DNA of 64,000 bases from an uncultured Chthonomonadaceae bacterium (GCA_963835065.1 CAWIEK010000003.1:96001-160000); one strand, 5' to 3'; shown: positions 41,156 to 53,354, counted from the first letter of the stretch. A program made the numbers and translations. Notes: generated from the sequence alone by a model not told the origin.

Positions 41156-41264
41156 AGATATAAGATATAAGATATAAGATATTAGTAAGGACAGATTCCT
41201 GCTTATCTGCTCCCTTAGTATTAGGAAGCGCTGGATTGCAGTTCCAATCTTATATCTTATATCT
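41156..41264. repeat. Inverted heptamer array (AGATATA)
   Basis: agatataagatataagatata ... tcttatatcttatatct. Confidence 0.8.
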
Positions 41265-41270
41265 AACGCC

Positions 41271-41531
41271 TGCTTTATCGCGGCGTATACGGACGAATTG
41301 GACTGCGCCGTCGCGCTGCGCTTTCCCCTGTGGCTCATCCCGGAGTACGAACTGCAAATTGCCACGCGCCTGCTCACGATTGATCTTTACCGGGCGGGGC
41401 AACCTCCGGTGTCTGACCTGCAAAACGGCCCCGCCTCCTACCACCGCTACTGTAATTTCACGCCCTATATTGCTGATTTTCTTTCCGACCATCACGCACA
41501 GCGAGTTGTCATTCTGAGGAAGCAAACATGA
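41271..41531 (+). pseudogene. Probable 5'-truncated gene fragment
   Basis: Protein-like frame IAAYTDELDCAVALRFP...IADFLSD begins just after the repeat array with no RBS or start. Confidence 0.35.
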
Positions 41532-43508
41532 TGAAACCGGAAACGGAGCAGACCGGCAAAGATGTCAAAAGCCAGTTCAAGCCGATTGCCGAAGCCGATC
41601 TGCAAACGTTGGCGGGAACGGGCAGTTTCGGGCGCGGCCTGAAATACTTTCGGAGCAATTACATCACCGACGCCATTTTGCGCGGCGACACGCTGTATGC
41701 GCAATGTTACGGGTCGCAGGCTGCCGCGTACCGTTTGTCCGCCACGCTGGTTCGCGCGGCAGTGGATGAGAATATGCCGACAGCGGCAGCAAAGCAGGCA
41801 ATTCTCATTGGTGGCGTACCGATAACGGCGTATGCGTGCGAATGTGAAGCAGGCGGGTTTTGCAAGCATCTGGTCGCCCTCCTGCTGACGTGGCTCAATA
41901 AGCCGGAAAGCATCGGAGTTCGGGCGGAGTTTGCCGTTCGGCTTCAGGCTTTCAGTCAAGAACAACTGCTGAAATTGTGCTTGAAACTGCTGGAACGGCA
42001 GCCGGATATGGAGTACCTGATTGACGTGGTTCCGCCGCCGGTTACGCCATCTAGCGAAGCCGGGTCCGATGCATCGGGAGGCCCGGCAGTGTCTCCTCTG
42101 GCAAACGCGCGAACGGTGGACGTGAACGCTATCCGCCGCCGGGTGCAAAAAGCGTTTCAGCAAGGGGGTCGAGGCTACGATGAGTATTACGGCAGGGCAG
42201 AGCGCATTGCCGAAGAACTTCAGCCCCTTATGGAGACAGGCGGCGAGTACGCCGAAGCCGGGCAGTGGGCGAACGCGCAGGCTATTTATGAAACTATCGC
42301 GCTCGAAGCCATCGAAGAGTACGAAGACACGGACGATGAGGGCGACTTATCCAATCTGGTAAACAATTGCTGCGACGGCCTTGCCGGTTGCCTGGACGCG
42401 CAGGCGGCTTTGCCCGAAGCCGCGCGTTTAGATGCCAATGCCCGCCATCAACTCATCCAATCGCTGTACAAGGTGTGGGAGTACGACCGGCACATGGGCG
42501 GCATCGGGCTGGCGAACGACGCGCAGGAGGCGATAGCCCGCAACGTTACCCCCACCGAACGCGCCGAAGTGGAAACGTGGCTGCAAAGTGGAATGAAACC
42601 GGGCACGGACTTTTCCAGCAATTTCAATAACGGCGCTTACGCCCGGTTTCTCGTTGCCTTAAAAGTCCATTCCGGCATCAGCGATGAAGAAAAACTGGCC
42701 GAGTACCGCAAGCACGGCCTATACACGCAGATCACGGACTTGCTGCTGGCAATGGGGCGCGTGGACGAGGCGATGCAGACAGCCCTTGAAGAAACGCCCA
42801 CGCAAATGCAGTTGACTGCCTTCGCCGGTAAGCTGCTCAATCATGGGCGGTGAAAACGTCACGCGCGCCCTGGAGTTCGTGGCGAAACTACAGGAGAAAG
42901 CGGCAGCCGCAAACGCGATTTACGACAATGCGAGCTATCTGCGCTGGCTGGCGGATCGCTACGCCGTTCACAATCAGCCGGGCAAAGCGTTGGAAGCGCA
43001 AAAGCAACTGTTTACCACAACGCCGAGCCTGGCCGAGTATCGCAACGTCAAGAAAGCCGCGCAATTGCCGGGCAATCCCGCCGAGGCCTGGACACAGCAA
43101 CGCCCCGAACTGATTGCCGCGCTGCAAGAGCGCAAAGACTGGCACACACTGACCGAGATTTATATGGAGGAAGCGCAGGCGCGGGAAGCGCTGGATGCGC
43201 TGCAAGCCTACGACGAATCCGAAACACAGTGGCGCGGGAGTGACCTTCATGCCCGCGTCGCCGGGATAGCCGAAACCGAGTTCCCCGACGAGGCGCGGGT
43301 AATCTATCAGCTTCTGGCGGAAAACCTTATCGAGCGGCGTGGGCGCGACAACTATCAACTGGCGGCAAGCTACCTGGCGCGGGCCAAAGACCTGGCCGGA
43401 AAAGCGAACCGCCTGGTCGAATGGAACCGCTATTTCACCGCCCTGCGCGACAACAACACCCGCCTGACCGCGCTAAAGGAAGAATTGCGCGCCCGCAAGC
43501 TACTGTGA
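41528..43508 (+). CDS. SWIM zinc-finger protein with helical C-terminus (frameshift ~42845)
   Basis: SFGRGLKY, CECEAGGFCKHLVALLL, C-terminal GRDNYQLAASYL...RLTALKEEL. Confidence 0.85.
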
Positions 43509-43612
43509 GATAAGAGATAAGAGATAAGAGATAAGAGTGAGAAAACTTCTCAAAGTCAGGCAAAATGTTCCTTGCTGACTTCTATCTTCTATCTCTTATC
43601 TCTTATCTCTTA
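43507..43612. repeat. Inverted heptamer array (GAGATAA) between convergent genes
   Basis: gagataa x4 ... tatctct repeats. Confidence 0.85.
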
Positions 43613-43613
43613 C

Positions 43614-44111
43614 CTACTCCTTCTCCGCCTCCTGATTGATGACGCTTTCTGCCAGTTTGCTCAGGATTTTGTCCGTGTGCTTTTCCTCGGTGAGCGTCTT
43701 TTTCAGCAGGTTCACCGCGTCTTCTTCGCCCAGTTGCTCGGCATACGTAATTACCGTGCCATAAGAAGCGATTTCGTAATGCTCGATCTTCTGCGACGCG
43801 GCCAGCAGAGCCGCATCGCGGACGAACGGATCCGGCTGCTCCTTGAGGATATCCTCGCCCTCCCTGACAAGCCCGCTCATGGCTTTGCACGTTTTGCCCG
43901 TCGGCTTTTCGCCCAACTTGTCGAATATCTGCTCCAGGCGTTGCACATGCTCCTGGGTCTGTTCCATGTGCAATTGCATGGCTTCCTTGAGTTCCGGGTG
44001 CGTGACGGCTTCCAACAGTTTCGGATAGGCTTTGATGGCCTGATTTTCGGCGTTGTAAATGTCTTTCAAGTCTTCCAGGTACAGGTCTTGCAGCGAGGCC
44101 GTAGCGGTCAT
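43614..44111 (-). CDS. YciE/YciF (DUF892) ferritin-like protein
   Basis: LKDIYNAENQ, HMEQTQEHVQRLE, QKIEHYEIASYG. Confidence 0.92.
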   Translation of the reverse strand: MTATASLQDLYLEDLKDIYNAENQAIKAYPKLLEAVTHPELKEAMQLHMEQTQEHVQRLEQIFDKLGEKPTGKTCKAMSGLVREGEDILKEQPDPFVRDAALLAASQKIEHYEIASYGTVITYAEQLGEEDAVNLLKKTLTEEKHTDKILSKLAESVINQEAEKE

Positions 44112-44446
44112 AGGGTTGGTCTCCTTACAGGTTCCCCATCATGAGGGGGAGGCCGATCACACAAGTTATGTCCGCAGCCACTCCGATACCATCCCCTGAA
44201 TTGGCATGGCAGTCGCTTACCCCGCGGATAGGAAGTTCAGACGCAAGCTGTAAAACAAGCGAGCGTTCCAAACTAAAAATGTCCATCATCCCTGGCGGAA
44301 GCGGGACATGGGCTGCTGCGCAAAGGACTAAAATGGCGCGTGGTATGTTCCCGCGCTTCAGCTCCATTGCTCCGTTATTTCGCTATACAATCTCCTCTTT
44401 ACGCCCCTAAAGCCTTGCCAAATATTTCCTTGCGGAAACTAACATT

Positions 44447-45616
44447 CTAAACGTTGACAGGGAGGACTGTAGCAGAAACAGCCTGCAACTGACACTCAGA
44501 TGCAGGAAGTTTTGTGTTGATCAGGCGACCATGTGGTGGCGCTTCCAAAAGGTTTGGCACAGATATTTGTCCATTGCTGAGGCGGACAAGGCAAAAACAC
44601 TCTTGCGGTTTTCGGATAGCATGAGAAAGCAGTGTCATGCCGCGAGGCGGCAAGCCGGACAGTCTTTGTGGAGTCCTGTTTATTCGATCAGGAGGAGTAT
44701 AGCGAATTGCTAATGATTGTGGGGGCAGATTACCGAGATCGTATGTTGAAAAGGGAATAAAGCTTATCGGCTGATTGTGGTACTTGACACGTCCGCTTTC
44801 GTACTCTGTCAGGAAGCCGAATACAGCATCTCCTTGTACGTTCGCATACAATCTAACGGCTCCATCAGGCAGAGCAATATTGAGGTCTACTCGCGTGATT
44901 GCTGCATCAGGCCAAAGAACAATATCATAGGCAGAGTTTGCATCATCTTCGATTCCATACGAGGGCGGAGTGGCATGAGCCAGCGAATGTGCCATTGCCC
45001 ATCCTTCCTGCATACGAATGTCGGACATTGTCATGCGATACAAGCGGCATAATCGGATGAAATCTTGGAGATTGCGGGGCTTAATCACAAGGAGTATCGA
45101 CATCAAAGCGGCTTCCGCTGTAAGATGTGTAAGTCTGCCGAATTCATGCGAGGGCCGTTGAATGACATTACATCGGCGGCATCGAAAAGCAATATTCTCA
45201 ATGGTATCTGCATCAAGCGGGTCCAGGAAACTTTCGCGCGCTTGAATATGGTCCGCCTGAAGTTCAAGACGAGTGCCGCAATCAGCACATTGGCTGGTTT
45301 GCTGATACATCCACTCCATCACAATTCTCATAGTGCTCCCCTTACCGTAATTGCGTTGGAAGCCTTTTGAGGAGGCTAAACTTGTGCCAACCTGAGAGGG
45401 GTTTAAGTGTCCCAACACTAATGCTGCCACTTCCTTCCACGAAAAGAACTTGGAGGCAACTAAGCTGCTGAGTAGATCAAGCCATTGCTGATCATCCCAG
45501 GTTTGGTCTTGCAATCCAAATGCGGCAGGCGTGGACATTGGCGCTGAAATATTGTGAGGAGTAGATTCGCCCGGCTGATGGTCTGCTATTACGTCCATAT
45601 CTACATCGTTATTCAT
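44447..45616 (-). CDS. HNH (Cys4 Zn) endonuclease, putative restriction enzyme
   Basis: CADC..LQADH...CRRCN, in an AT-richer island. Confidence 0.75.
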   Translation of the reverse strand: MNNDVDMDVIADHQPGESTPHNISAPMSTPAAFGLQDQTWDDQQWLDLLSSLVASKFFSWKEVAALVLGHLNPSQVGTSLASSKGFQRNYGKGSTMRIVMEWMYQQTSQCADCGTRLELQADHIQARESFLDPLDADTIENIAFRCRRCNVIQRPSHEFGRLTHLTAEAALMSILLVIKPRNLQDFIRLCRLYRMTMSDIRMQEGWAMAHSLAHATPPSYGIEDDANSAYDIVLWPDAAITRVDLNIALPDGAVRLYANVQGDAVFGFLTEYESGRVKYHNQPISFIPFSTYDLGNLPPQSLAIRYTPPDRINRTPQRLSGLPPRGMTLLSHAIRKPQECFCLVRLSNGQISVPNLLEAPPHGRLINTKLPASECQLQAVSATVLPVNV

Positions 45617-45882
45617 GATAAACCTCTGCGGTTCAGTTCTTGCTCAAAAGAGGCCACAAAGCATTGAAAATCCAGTCCTAATGCCTGGCAAATAGCGCGT
45701 AGTTCAATTACATCCAGGCGGCGTTCGGTCCGCTCGTACTTGCTGATATAGGATTGGTCCACTTCGAGACGGCTGGCAAGTTCCGTTTGCGTTACATCGG
45801 CTTTCTCACGCGCTGCGCGCAGACATTCGATGAGTACAAGGTAGCTCGCAGCGTGTATAGTTTTTGTGCGTCGCTCTATCAT
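45613..45882 (-). CDS. XRE-family HTH regulator (controller-protein position)
   Basis: LRAAREKADVTQTELASRLEVDQSYISKYERTERRLD. ATGA overlap with the HNH gene. Confidence 0.9.
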   Translation of the reverse strand: MIERRTKTIHAASYLVLIECLRAAREKADVTQTELASRLEVDQSYISKYERTERRLDVIELRAICQALGLDFQCFVASFEQELNRRGLS

Positions 45883-45976
45883 CTTGCAAATGGAATACTC
45901 AAAAGGGTATATTTATGCCAAAATAGCATATAGAAGTTTGGAAAGCAAACGTTTTGGCAGGGGGTATGTAATTGTC

Positions 45977-48320
45977 ATGTCGAGGGCTGTCGAACAATTG
46001 GTACAGGAGTTTAGGGAGACGCTCTGCTGTGAGTGGCATCCGCCAATAGATTTATTGGAAGCTGCCGGCGAGATTCTGGCGGGGAAGGAACAGTTGTTGG
46101 TTCAAGGCCAGGCAGAGCGTTGGCACGATCTGCTAACGGCCATCAATTCAAAATTTCATTTGAATCATGAACGATTGCAGCGCCTTCTTGATGGCGCTGC
46201 ACACCTGAAGGTATTTCCCAACTATCATGACAAAGCGAAACTCCTTGAATATCTTGATAGAAGTGACGCAGAAGGTTTTACATGCTGGCTAAAGACGCGA
46301 GATTACAACCCGAAGCTGCGAGAGTATTTCCAGCCCATCAAACGAAGTGAAACTCTTGCCGCTCTGGCCGAACAATTGGAACACGCAACCATCAAGCGTA
46401 GCGATGCTAAAAATTGCGATGTTGCTGAACGCAGAGAGAGCATACTACGGTCGCTTTTCGGCGGATATGTTTTTCATTCTCTGCCATTGCATATACTGCA
46501 TTGTTACTTCAACTCCGAGTGCCGTAAGGAGTACACTCCAAATTTTTACCAGCACCTACAGAAGCACTATCCGAAGGTTCTAAGCAGGAAATGCGCCCTT
46601 GTTTTTGCCGTACTGAATGAAACCTTTACCACAAATCGAGAGAACGCTTCCTGTATAGACAACATATTTGCATTGATTGCCGCGTCCTATGAGCGGCTTT
46701 CTAATCATGGCTATCTCTCTATTCTTATCAAACCATTCTTAAATACGAACGATGGCAAACAATGGGAACTCTTCTCTGATATTGTACTTTATGCGGAAAA
46801 GCATAGAGAAGTACAACTAAAAACGGGGTATTTTCACCCCGAACTTATCGCGCAAACAACGCAGGATTACATCCCGAACCTGAATGTCGCAGACGCTGAG
46901 TTCAAAACGGCCCATGAAGGGTTCTTTTACCGTGACTGTATGGTTCTGCCGCATCGAACCATTGAAAACCAGATTGTAACCACGCAGGAACCAGTTGATC
47001 TCCTGCTTCTTTTTCAGAAGAACGAGCGTGACGAAACCGTCATTCCATGTCCAGCCTGTCGTTCTCTTTCGGTGCGAGGGAATTCGTACCCTGCACTTGG
47101 AATCCGCAGTTGGGAATGTCAAAACCCCATCTGCCCGGAGCGCAGCGCATTTGATCGCGGCAACCGATACTCGTTAGAAGCGTTGATAAAGCAGGAAGCA
47201 ATCAACTGTGAGAACAATCAGATTCCAGAAGCAAGCCTGAAGAAGTGGAAATTGGATGTTGTTTCGGTGAGCGGCGAATTAGAGGTTGCTGAAATGCTTC
47301 TTCGGCATTTCAGCCTACATAATGATACGGCAGCGTTCATCAACTTTCCAAATATTTGGGTCTAATGTACTCGGTCGCCATGTCCTCTATGAGAGTTTGT
47401 CTTCCACGGCTGAAGCGACTGGCATCTACACTCGTTTCCAACAATCGTGTCTGTTTCGTCGCTTTCTCATAGATCGTAAGCCTTTGGAGAAACCACTGAT
47501 AAATGAATACGACTGTGGCCTGCCTGGCGTCCGTGTTTTTCAAGGAGACTGCTTTGAGGCGCTGTGTAAACTTGACAGGAATTCTTTTGACGGCGCGGTT
47601 ACATCCCCACCGTACTACAACGCCCGCAGCTACTCCACATGGCCGAACATTTACTGCTACCTCTATGATATGTACAACATAGGCAAACAGGTCTATGATG
47701 TTCTGAAACCCGGCGCGCTCTGGCTGTTCAACATCTTCGATTATTTCGATAATGAGAACATTGTCGCTTTGTCTGCAATGGGCAAGAAAAGAATGATTCT
47801 CGGCGCTTACATAATTAACCTTTTCAGACGCATCGGTTTCGAAATAGAGGGCAATACGGTATGGTTTAAGGGTGAAGTGGAAGGCAAGAGGAACTTCAAT
47901 CAAGGAAATCATTCGCCTTATTACCAGCTGCCTCTTAATGCGTGGGAGCATATCTTCATTTTCCGCAAGCCAGGTACTGCTGCTACGCGCTACTCCTTTC
48001 CTCGTATCTTAGCAACAAAGCCTGTGATTAAGATGAAGGGCGGCAAGAATGTTTTGGGACATACAGCGCCCTTCCCATCCAGCATCCCTGATTTACTGCT
48101 AAGTCAGTTGGAAGCGGGAAGGGCTGTTCTTGATCCTTTTTCCGGCAGCATGACAACCGGGCGGGCTGCTCACAAACGTAACATTCAATCTACATCTTTG
48201 GAACTTCATTCGGATTACTGTAAACTCGGCATTAATCTACTACGAGCCGAAAATGGGATGCCGACACTGTATACTCCCACGCATCCTTTTGGCGGCTTAT
48301 TTGATGAGCCATCAGAGTAG
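45977..48320 (+). CDS. Large N4-C/N6-A DNA methyltransferase (beta class) with Zn-ribbon; frameshift ~47360
   Basis: TSPPYY before VLDPFSGSMTTG, HTAPFP, CPAC...WECQNPIC. Confidence 0.85.
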
Positions 48321-48326
48321 TTTGCC

Positions 48327-48893
48327 TCAGTACCCTCGGAATATAAACGCGCAGGACAACTGCCCGGCTATATTCAAGCGCCGCGCGTTATACAACGCCA
48401 TTCCCGCACAGGCGGCGAGCAAAAGGATGATGACAATGGGAATGCGCCTGGTTGCGGCCAACCCTGCGCTGCTTACGGCAATGGCAAGACTGCGCAGGTC
48501 GAGGCCGTTGCCGCGCAGAAAGCCCCACAGTACGACCCCAAAAATGCCGACAACCGCCAGTCCCAGGCCGCGCATAAATCCTTCCACTGCCGGATGGTGC
48601 TGAACCCGGCGATAAAGTTTTTCAACTCCCAGCACCAGCAGGGGCGGCAGGCAAATGGCGACAACCGCCAGCATCGCTCCGGTCAGGCCATTGGTCAGGT
48701 AGCCCAGGCACACGACCCACAGGCCGTTCGGTCCGGGTGAAATCTGGCCGATTGCCAGGGCTTCCACGAATTGACGCTCCACTGCCCACCGTCGCGCCAG
48801 CAGGTCGGCGTGGAGGCTCGGCAGGTTGCCCATGCCGCCCGTAGAAAACAACGACGCTTTCAGGAACAGGACGAAGTACAGCAGCGGGTTCAT
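48327..48893 (-). CDS. chrA: Short-chain chromate transporter subunit
   Basis: FSTGG, GQISPGPN. Confidence 0.85.
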   Translation of the reverse strand: MNPLLYFVLFLKASLFSTGGMGNLPSLHADLLARRWAVERQFVEALAIGQISPGPNGLWVVCLGYLTNGLTGAMLAVVAICLPPLLVLGVEKLYRRVQHHPAVEGFMRGLGLAVVGIFGVVLWGFLRGNGLDLRSLAIAVSSAGLAATRRIPIVIILLLAACAGMALYNARRLNIAGQLSCAFIFRGY

Positions 48894-49534
48894 GGCGCGT
48901 TGTCTCCGTCCGGGGTTGAATCCGGCGGCGAAGCGGGACGCCCGCTTTCCAGCAGAAAATGCGCCAGCGCGCCAATTATGCCCGCCCCGCCCAATATCAA
49001 AATTACGGAACTGCGCCAGCGCAATGCCGCCAGTACGCTTGCCGCCAACAGGCCAAGATACGCCCAAAAAGACAACGGGCTTTCCCGCCGCGCAGCCACA
49101 AGGGGAGAACGCGCCATCTGATACGCGGTTAATGCGCCCAGGCCAACGGTTGCGGGCACAACGCCGCGCAGAGCCGCCTGCATCAAAGGCAAGCGCTGAA
49201 TGTGCGCGTAGCTTGCCGTCAGCAGAAGGGTCACGGTCACGCTAGGCAGCAGCAGGCCGAACATGCAAATCGCAATGCCCTGCCATCCCGCAATGCGCTT
49301 GCCGATCAGAATGGTCATGGCAAGCAAGTTGATCCCCGGCGCGGCCTGCACCAATGTCCATTCGCGGGTAAATTCCGCTTCCGGCATCCACCCATAGCGC
49401 TCCACCACCGCCTGCCGAATCAGCGCCAGTGTCGCCACGCCGCCCCCAAACGATTGCAGCCCAAGCGCCAGCCAAACGCGCAGCAGCAATCCCGGCGAGG
49501 GTTTTTTCACGTCCGTATCCACAGATGCTTTCAT
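48890..49534 (-). CDS. chrA: Short-chain chromate transporter subunit
   Basis: SFGGG, QAAPG. Confidence 0.85.
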   Translation of the reverse strand: MKASVDTDVKKPSPGLLLRVWLALGLQSFGGGVATLALIRQAVVERYGWMPEAEFTREWTLVQAAPGINLLAMTILIGKRIAGWQGIAICMFGLLLPSVTVTLLLTASYAHIQRLPLMQAALRGVVPATVGLGALTAYQMARSPLVAARRESPLSFWAYLGLLAASVLAALRWRSSVILILGGAGIIGALAHFLLESGRPASPPDSTPDGDNAP

Positions 49535-49544
49535 AACAACCCTG

Positions 49545-50846
49545 CTATACTTCCACAACGTCACCGGTATGCGTGGTATCATACCCGCCCAGCGCTTTGA
49601 GCTGCGAGACGATCCAGCGATGGCGCAAAGTGCCGAGTAACTGCTGTACAGGTTCAAAGCCCAGCGTTTCTTTGCGCAGCGCCAGATCATAGCGCACCGA
49701 ACGCAGCGGCACGAAGCCCAGCCCGTAAATCGCGGCTACGGACGACGCGCTGACGCCCGCATCCGCCGTTCCCGCCTGCACCGCCTGCGCCACTTCCAGA
49801 TGCCCCGCGACAATCTGTTCGTATCCTGCGACCTTCCCCGAATCTACGCCCTCGCTTTGCAGCAAACTGTCGAGCAGCAGCCGGGATCCCGCTCCGATTT
49901 CCCGGTTCACGATGCGAACGCCCGCCTGCGTCAAATCCGCTCCCGTTTGAATGTGCCGGGGATTGCCCGCTGCGACCACCAGCCCTTCCTCCCACACGCC
50001 CAGATTGACCAGAACAAGGGGATGAGGCTTCATGATCTGCCGCGCGAACGGCGCGTTGTCGTGCCCGCCATGCAGGTCGCACAGATGGACGCCCGCCGCG
50101 TGAACTTCGCCCCGCGCCAAACTTTGCAGCGCCCGCGTGCTGTTGGCGTGATGCCAGTGTACGCGCAGGCCGGGATGCCAGCGCTCCGCCGAACGCGCCC
50201 ACAGCGATAAGGCGGGCGCGCAGCCCGCCAACAGAACCGTGCGCAGCAGGGCGTCCGGCTCGTCCATCAGGCGCACGGAAATGTTCTCGAATGTACCCTG
50301 CGCGGTTCTCTCTCCAGCCCTCTTGGTCGGTAATTCAGCCAGTCCGTCCGCAGGGATCAATTCGGCTCGTACAGCCTGCACATTCTGCAAGGGATGCGCG
50401 ATCCATCTGCCGCCAATATGCGCCAGCGTCACGCGCAGCGGCAAATGCGTTCCACTTGCCACTGCTTTTGCGCTGTCGGCGGCAAGTCCGGGTTGGCCTG
50501 TAGGGGGCGCGTGGGCGCTTGCTTGTGTTTCGCCTTCTGCGGCCTGCGAAAACTCAGAGGAAAAGTCAGAGGGAGACGCAGGGGAAACCAATGTCGCCTG
50601 TATGGTCGGCAGGTCGTCCTCCAGCCAGAACAAATCTTCTACGCGGCAGCCCAACGCTTTCGCCAGCCGCAGCGCCACCGCCGCCGAGGGCGCGTACAAT
50701 CCCGCTTCAATCCCGCCAATGGTTTGCCGCGTGATACCCGCCGCGCCCGCCAGTTCCCGCTGACTCAGCCCAAGCCGCGTCCGCGTCGCCAGCAGCCGGT
50801 TCTTGAGACTGCCCTCTGTTTTCACTTCTTTGCCGTCCGCTTTCAT
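49545..50846 (-). CDS. XRE-HTH fused to PBP-like (molybdate-binding type) domain
   Basis: N-terminal HTH. NSTRALQSLARGEVHAAGVHL, VNREIGAGSRLLLD, GGYD. Confidence 0.85.
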   Translation of the reverse strand: MKADGKEVKTEGSLKNRLLATRTRLGLSQRELAGAAGITRQTIGGIEAGLYAPSAAVALRLAKALGCRVEDLFWLEDDLPTIQATLVSPASPSDFSSEFSQAAEGETQASAHAPPTGQPGLAADSAKAVASGTHLPLRVTLAHIGGRWIAHPLQNVQAVRAELIPADGLAELPTKRAGERTAQGTFENISVRLMDEPDALLRTVLLAGCAPALSLWARSAERWHPGLRVHWHHANSTRALQSLARGEVHAAGVHLCDLHGGHDNAPFARQIMKPHPLVLVNLGVWEEGLVVAAGNPRHIQTGADLTQAGVRIVNREIGAGSRLLLDSLLQSEGVDSGKVAGYEQIVAGHLEVAQAVQAGTADAGVSASSVAAIYGLGFVPLRSVRYDLALRKETLGFEPVQQLLGTLRHRWIVSQLKALGGYDTTHTGDVVEV

Positions 50847-50975
50847 AGTTCTCCACAAAATCGTTCCCGACTACAGGAAATAGGCAATTATTTCTAACTC
50901 ATAGTCGTAAATACTTGCGTCACACCCACTTCTTTCCTTACTTCAAGTTCCATGCCAATAAGAGGAGTTCACGCC

Positions 50976-51905
50976 ATGTTCATCACGCATCCTTCATCCT
51001 TCAGCGCCACACGCCCTTTCAACACCCAACACCGAATACCCAACACAGGGAACAGGAAACAGGTCACAGGGAATAGGAACCTGTTACTTAATGCTCAACG
51101 CTCAACGCTCAACGCTCAACACTCTTCTCAACGCTCAACGCTCAACGCTTTTACTCTCATCGAATTACTCGTCGTGATCGCCATTATCGCGATTCTCGCC
51201 GCCATTCTGTTCCCCGTATTCGCGCAGGCGCGGGAAAAGGGACGGCAAACCGCCTGCATCAGCAACCAGCATCAAATGGCACTGGCGCTGTCAATGTACC
51301 GCAATGATTACGATGAGGTCAACTGCCGCTACCGATTTTGCGACCCCGCTTACGCCAACGACCCGCTTTGCGCGAATTTAGCGACGGCCACCAAATACAC
51401 CGGCCCGCTGGAAACGTGGTGGGCGCCCTACGACAACAACATCCTCCCGGAACCCACTCCCCTGCCCATGAACTATATGGGCCTGAAAGCCGGGTTTTTA
51501 CAGCCGTATGTGAAAAACCAGCAGATTTTCCGCTGTCCCTCGTATCGGGAAGGGCAGGTCGGCTACGCCATGAGCTACATCTATAACGGCCCGATGGGAC
51601 AGCCGGATGCGTTTGTCACTAATCCAACCGTATATTTCGTCTGGGATCATGCCAAAACGCCGGGCTGCGCCAATACGGGCAGCATGGGCGCGGCCAATCC
51701 GCCGGGCGCGGGCAACGGTTCGCCAGCTACGCCCGGCTTGCGCGGCCCCTTTCCCATCGAGCAGGATAGCGCGCATACGCACTACCCGGCGCGGCACACG
51801 GACGGTTTTGTCGGCCTGCGCTACGACGGCAGCGCGAAGTTCCGCAAATACTCCGGGCTGGACACCACAACCACGAGCAAAGATTTCATTGCCAACGTTA
51901 ATTAA
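50976..51905 (+). CDS. Prepilin-type cleavage / H-X9-DG protein (DUF1559-like) with repeat-expanded leader
   Basis: [40 protein letters not shown]. Confidence 0.9.
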   Translation: MFITHPSSFSATRPFNTQHRIPNTGNRKQVTGNRNLLLNAQRSTLNAQHSSQRSTLNAFTLIELLVVIAIIAILAAILFPVFAQAREKGRQTACISNQHQMALALSMYRNDYDEVNCRYRFCDPAYANDPLCANLATATKYTGPLETWWAPYDNNILPEPTPLPMNYMGLKAGFLQPYVKNQQIFRCPSYREGQVGYAMSYIYNGPMGQPDAFVTNPTVYFVWDHAKTPGCANTGSMGAANPPGAGNGSPATPGLRGPFPIEQDSAHTHYPARHTDGFVGLRYDGSAKFRKYSGLDTTTTSKDFIANVN

Positions 51906-51985
51906 AGGAATAGCGGCGTGGTGTGGTAAGATGAGAGGGACTGCCATCGTCCGACAGGCAGACCACTCAGGACACCAGAAAAACA

Positions 51986-53354
51986 ATGTCTTCTCAGCAC
52001 CCTGAAAGCCTGTTTGGGACAGAAGAAACAACCCCATCTGTTTCTGTTCCCGACGTTGATCCCAATGCGCCGCTTGCTGCCCGGATGCGCCCGCGTACTC
52101 TGGATGAGTTTGCCGGGCAGGAGGGCGTTGTCGGGCCGGGAACGGGACTGCGCCGCGCCATTGAAAACGATCAGCTTACGTCCGTTTTGCTGTGGGGACC
52201 GCCCGGAACCGGCAAATCCACGCTGGCCGAAATTATTGCCCGCACGACCCGCGCCCATTTTGAAAAACTCAATTCGACAACCAGCGGCGTGGCCGATGTG
52301 CGCAAAGTGATCGAAGCCGCCCGTGAGCGTCGGCGCAAATTGAAGCGCAAAACCATTCTCTTTGTGGATGAGATCCACCGCTGGAACAAGGCGCAGCAGG
52401 ACGCGCTGCTGCCGCATGTCGAGGATGGAACCGTTGTGCTGATCGGCGCGACAACCGAGAACCCGTACTTTGAAGTGAACGCGCCCCTGCTGTCCCGTTC
52501 GCGCCTGTTCCGTTTCGAGCGCCTGTCCGAAGAAGCGGTACAACAACTGCTAATTCGCGCCCTGGCCGATGGGGAACGGGGGCTGGGAGAATTGCATATC
52601 CACGCCGATGCCGACGCGCTGGCGTTTCTGGCGCAGATTTCGGGCGGGGATGCGCGGCGGGCGTTGAGCGCGCTGGATTCCGCCGCGCAGTCCCTGACGC
52701 CGGATGCTGAAGGCACAGCGGCATTTGACGCTGGCATTGGCGGAAGAAGGGGCGCAGGCGCGTTCCGTGTCTTATGACCGGGATGGCGACGAGCATTACG
52801 ATACGGTATCCGCCTTCATCAAGTCCATGCGCGGCTCCGACCCCGATGGGGCGCTATACTGGCTCGCCAAAATGCTTCTAGCGGGCGAGGACATCAAGTT
52901 TATCGCGCGCCGACTGGTGATACTTGCCAGTGAAGATGTGGGCAACGCCGACCCCCTTGCGCTTGTCGTGGCGAACGCAGCCGTGCAAACCGTGATGTTC
53001 GTCGGCATGCCCGAAGCGCAATTAACGCTGTCGCAGGCCGTCACCTATCTTGCATGCGCGCCCAAGAGCAACGCCGCCACCCTTGCTATCGGGCGAGCCA
53101 TGGAAACTATCAAGACGCAGGGCGCGCTTCCCGTTCCCATCCACCTGCGCGACAGCCACTATCCCGGCGCAAAACGCCTGGGGCACGGCGACGGCTACCT
53201 GTACCCCCATGATTTCCCCAACCACCACGTCGCGCAGCAATACCTTCCTGCCGGCGTGATCGGAACCCCCTTCTACGAACCAACCGAGCAAGGGCAGGAA
53301 GCAGCCATCAAAGCGCTTATGGAACGCAAAAGAGACGTTTCGGAACCCGAATAA
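51986..53354 (+). CDS. rarA: Replication-associated recombination protein A (frameshift ~52720)
   Basis: PLAARMRPRTLDE, GPPGTGKS, DEIHRWNKAQQD, SAFIKSMRGSDPD, SEDVGNADP. Confidence 0.93.

Noticed and set aside
44125..44410. Short ORFs at the edge of the RM island
   Set aside because: No RBS or recognisable motif. Possibly a remnant, but unsupported.
604..53354. About a dozen frameshifts (Rhs x4, ~23500, MutS-like, prepilin, permease, TPR protease, SWIM, MTase, rarA) as programmed frameshifting or mass pseudogenisation
   Set aside because: They are single-base indels, often in short homopolymers, scattered over unrelated and conserved genes with no slippery-site pattern. Long-read consensus error is the simplest explanation.
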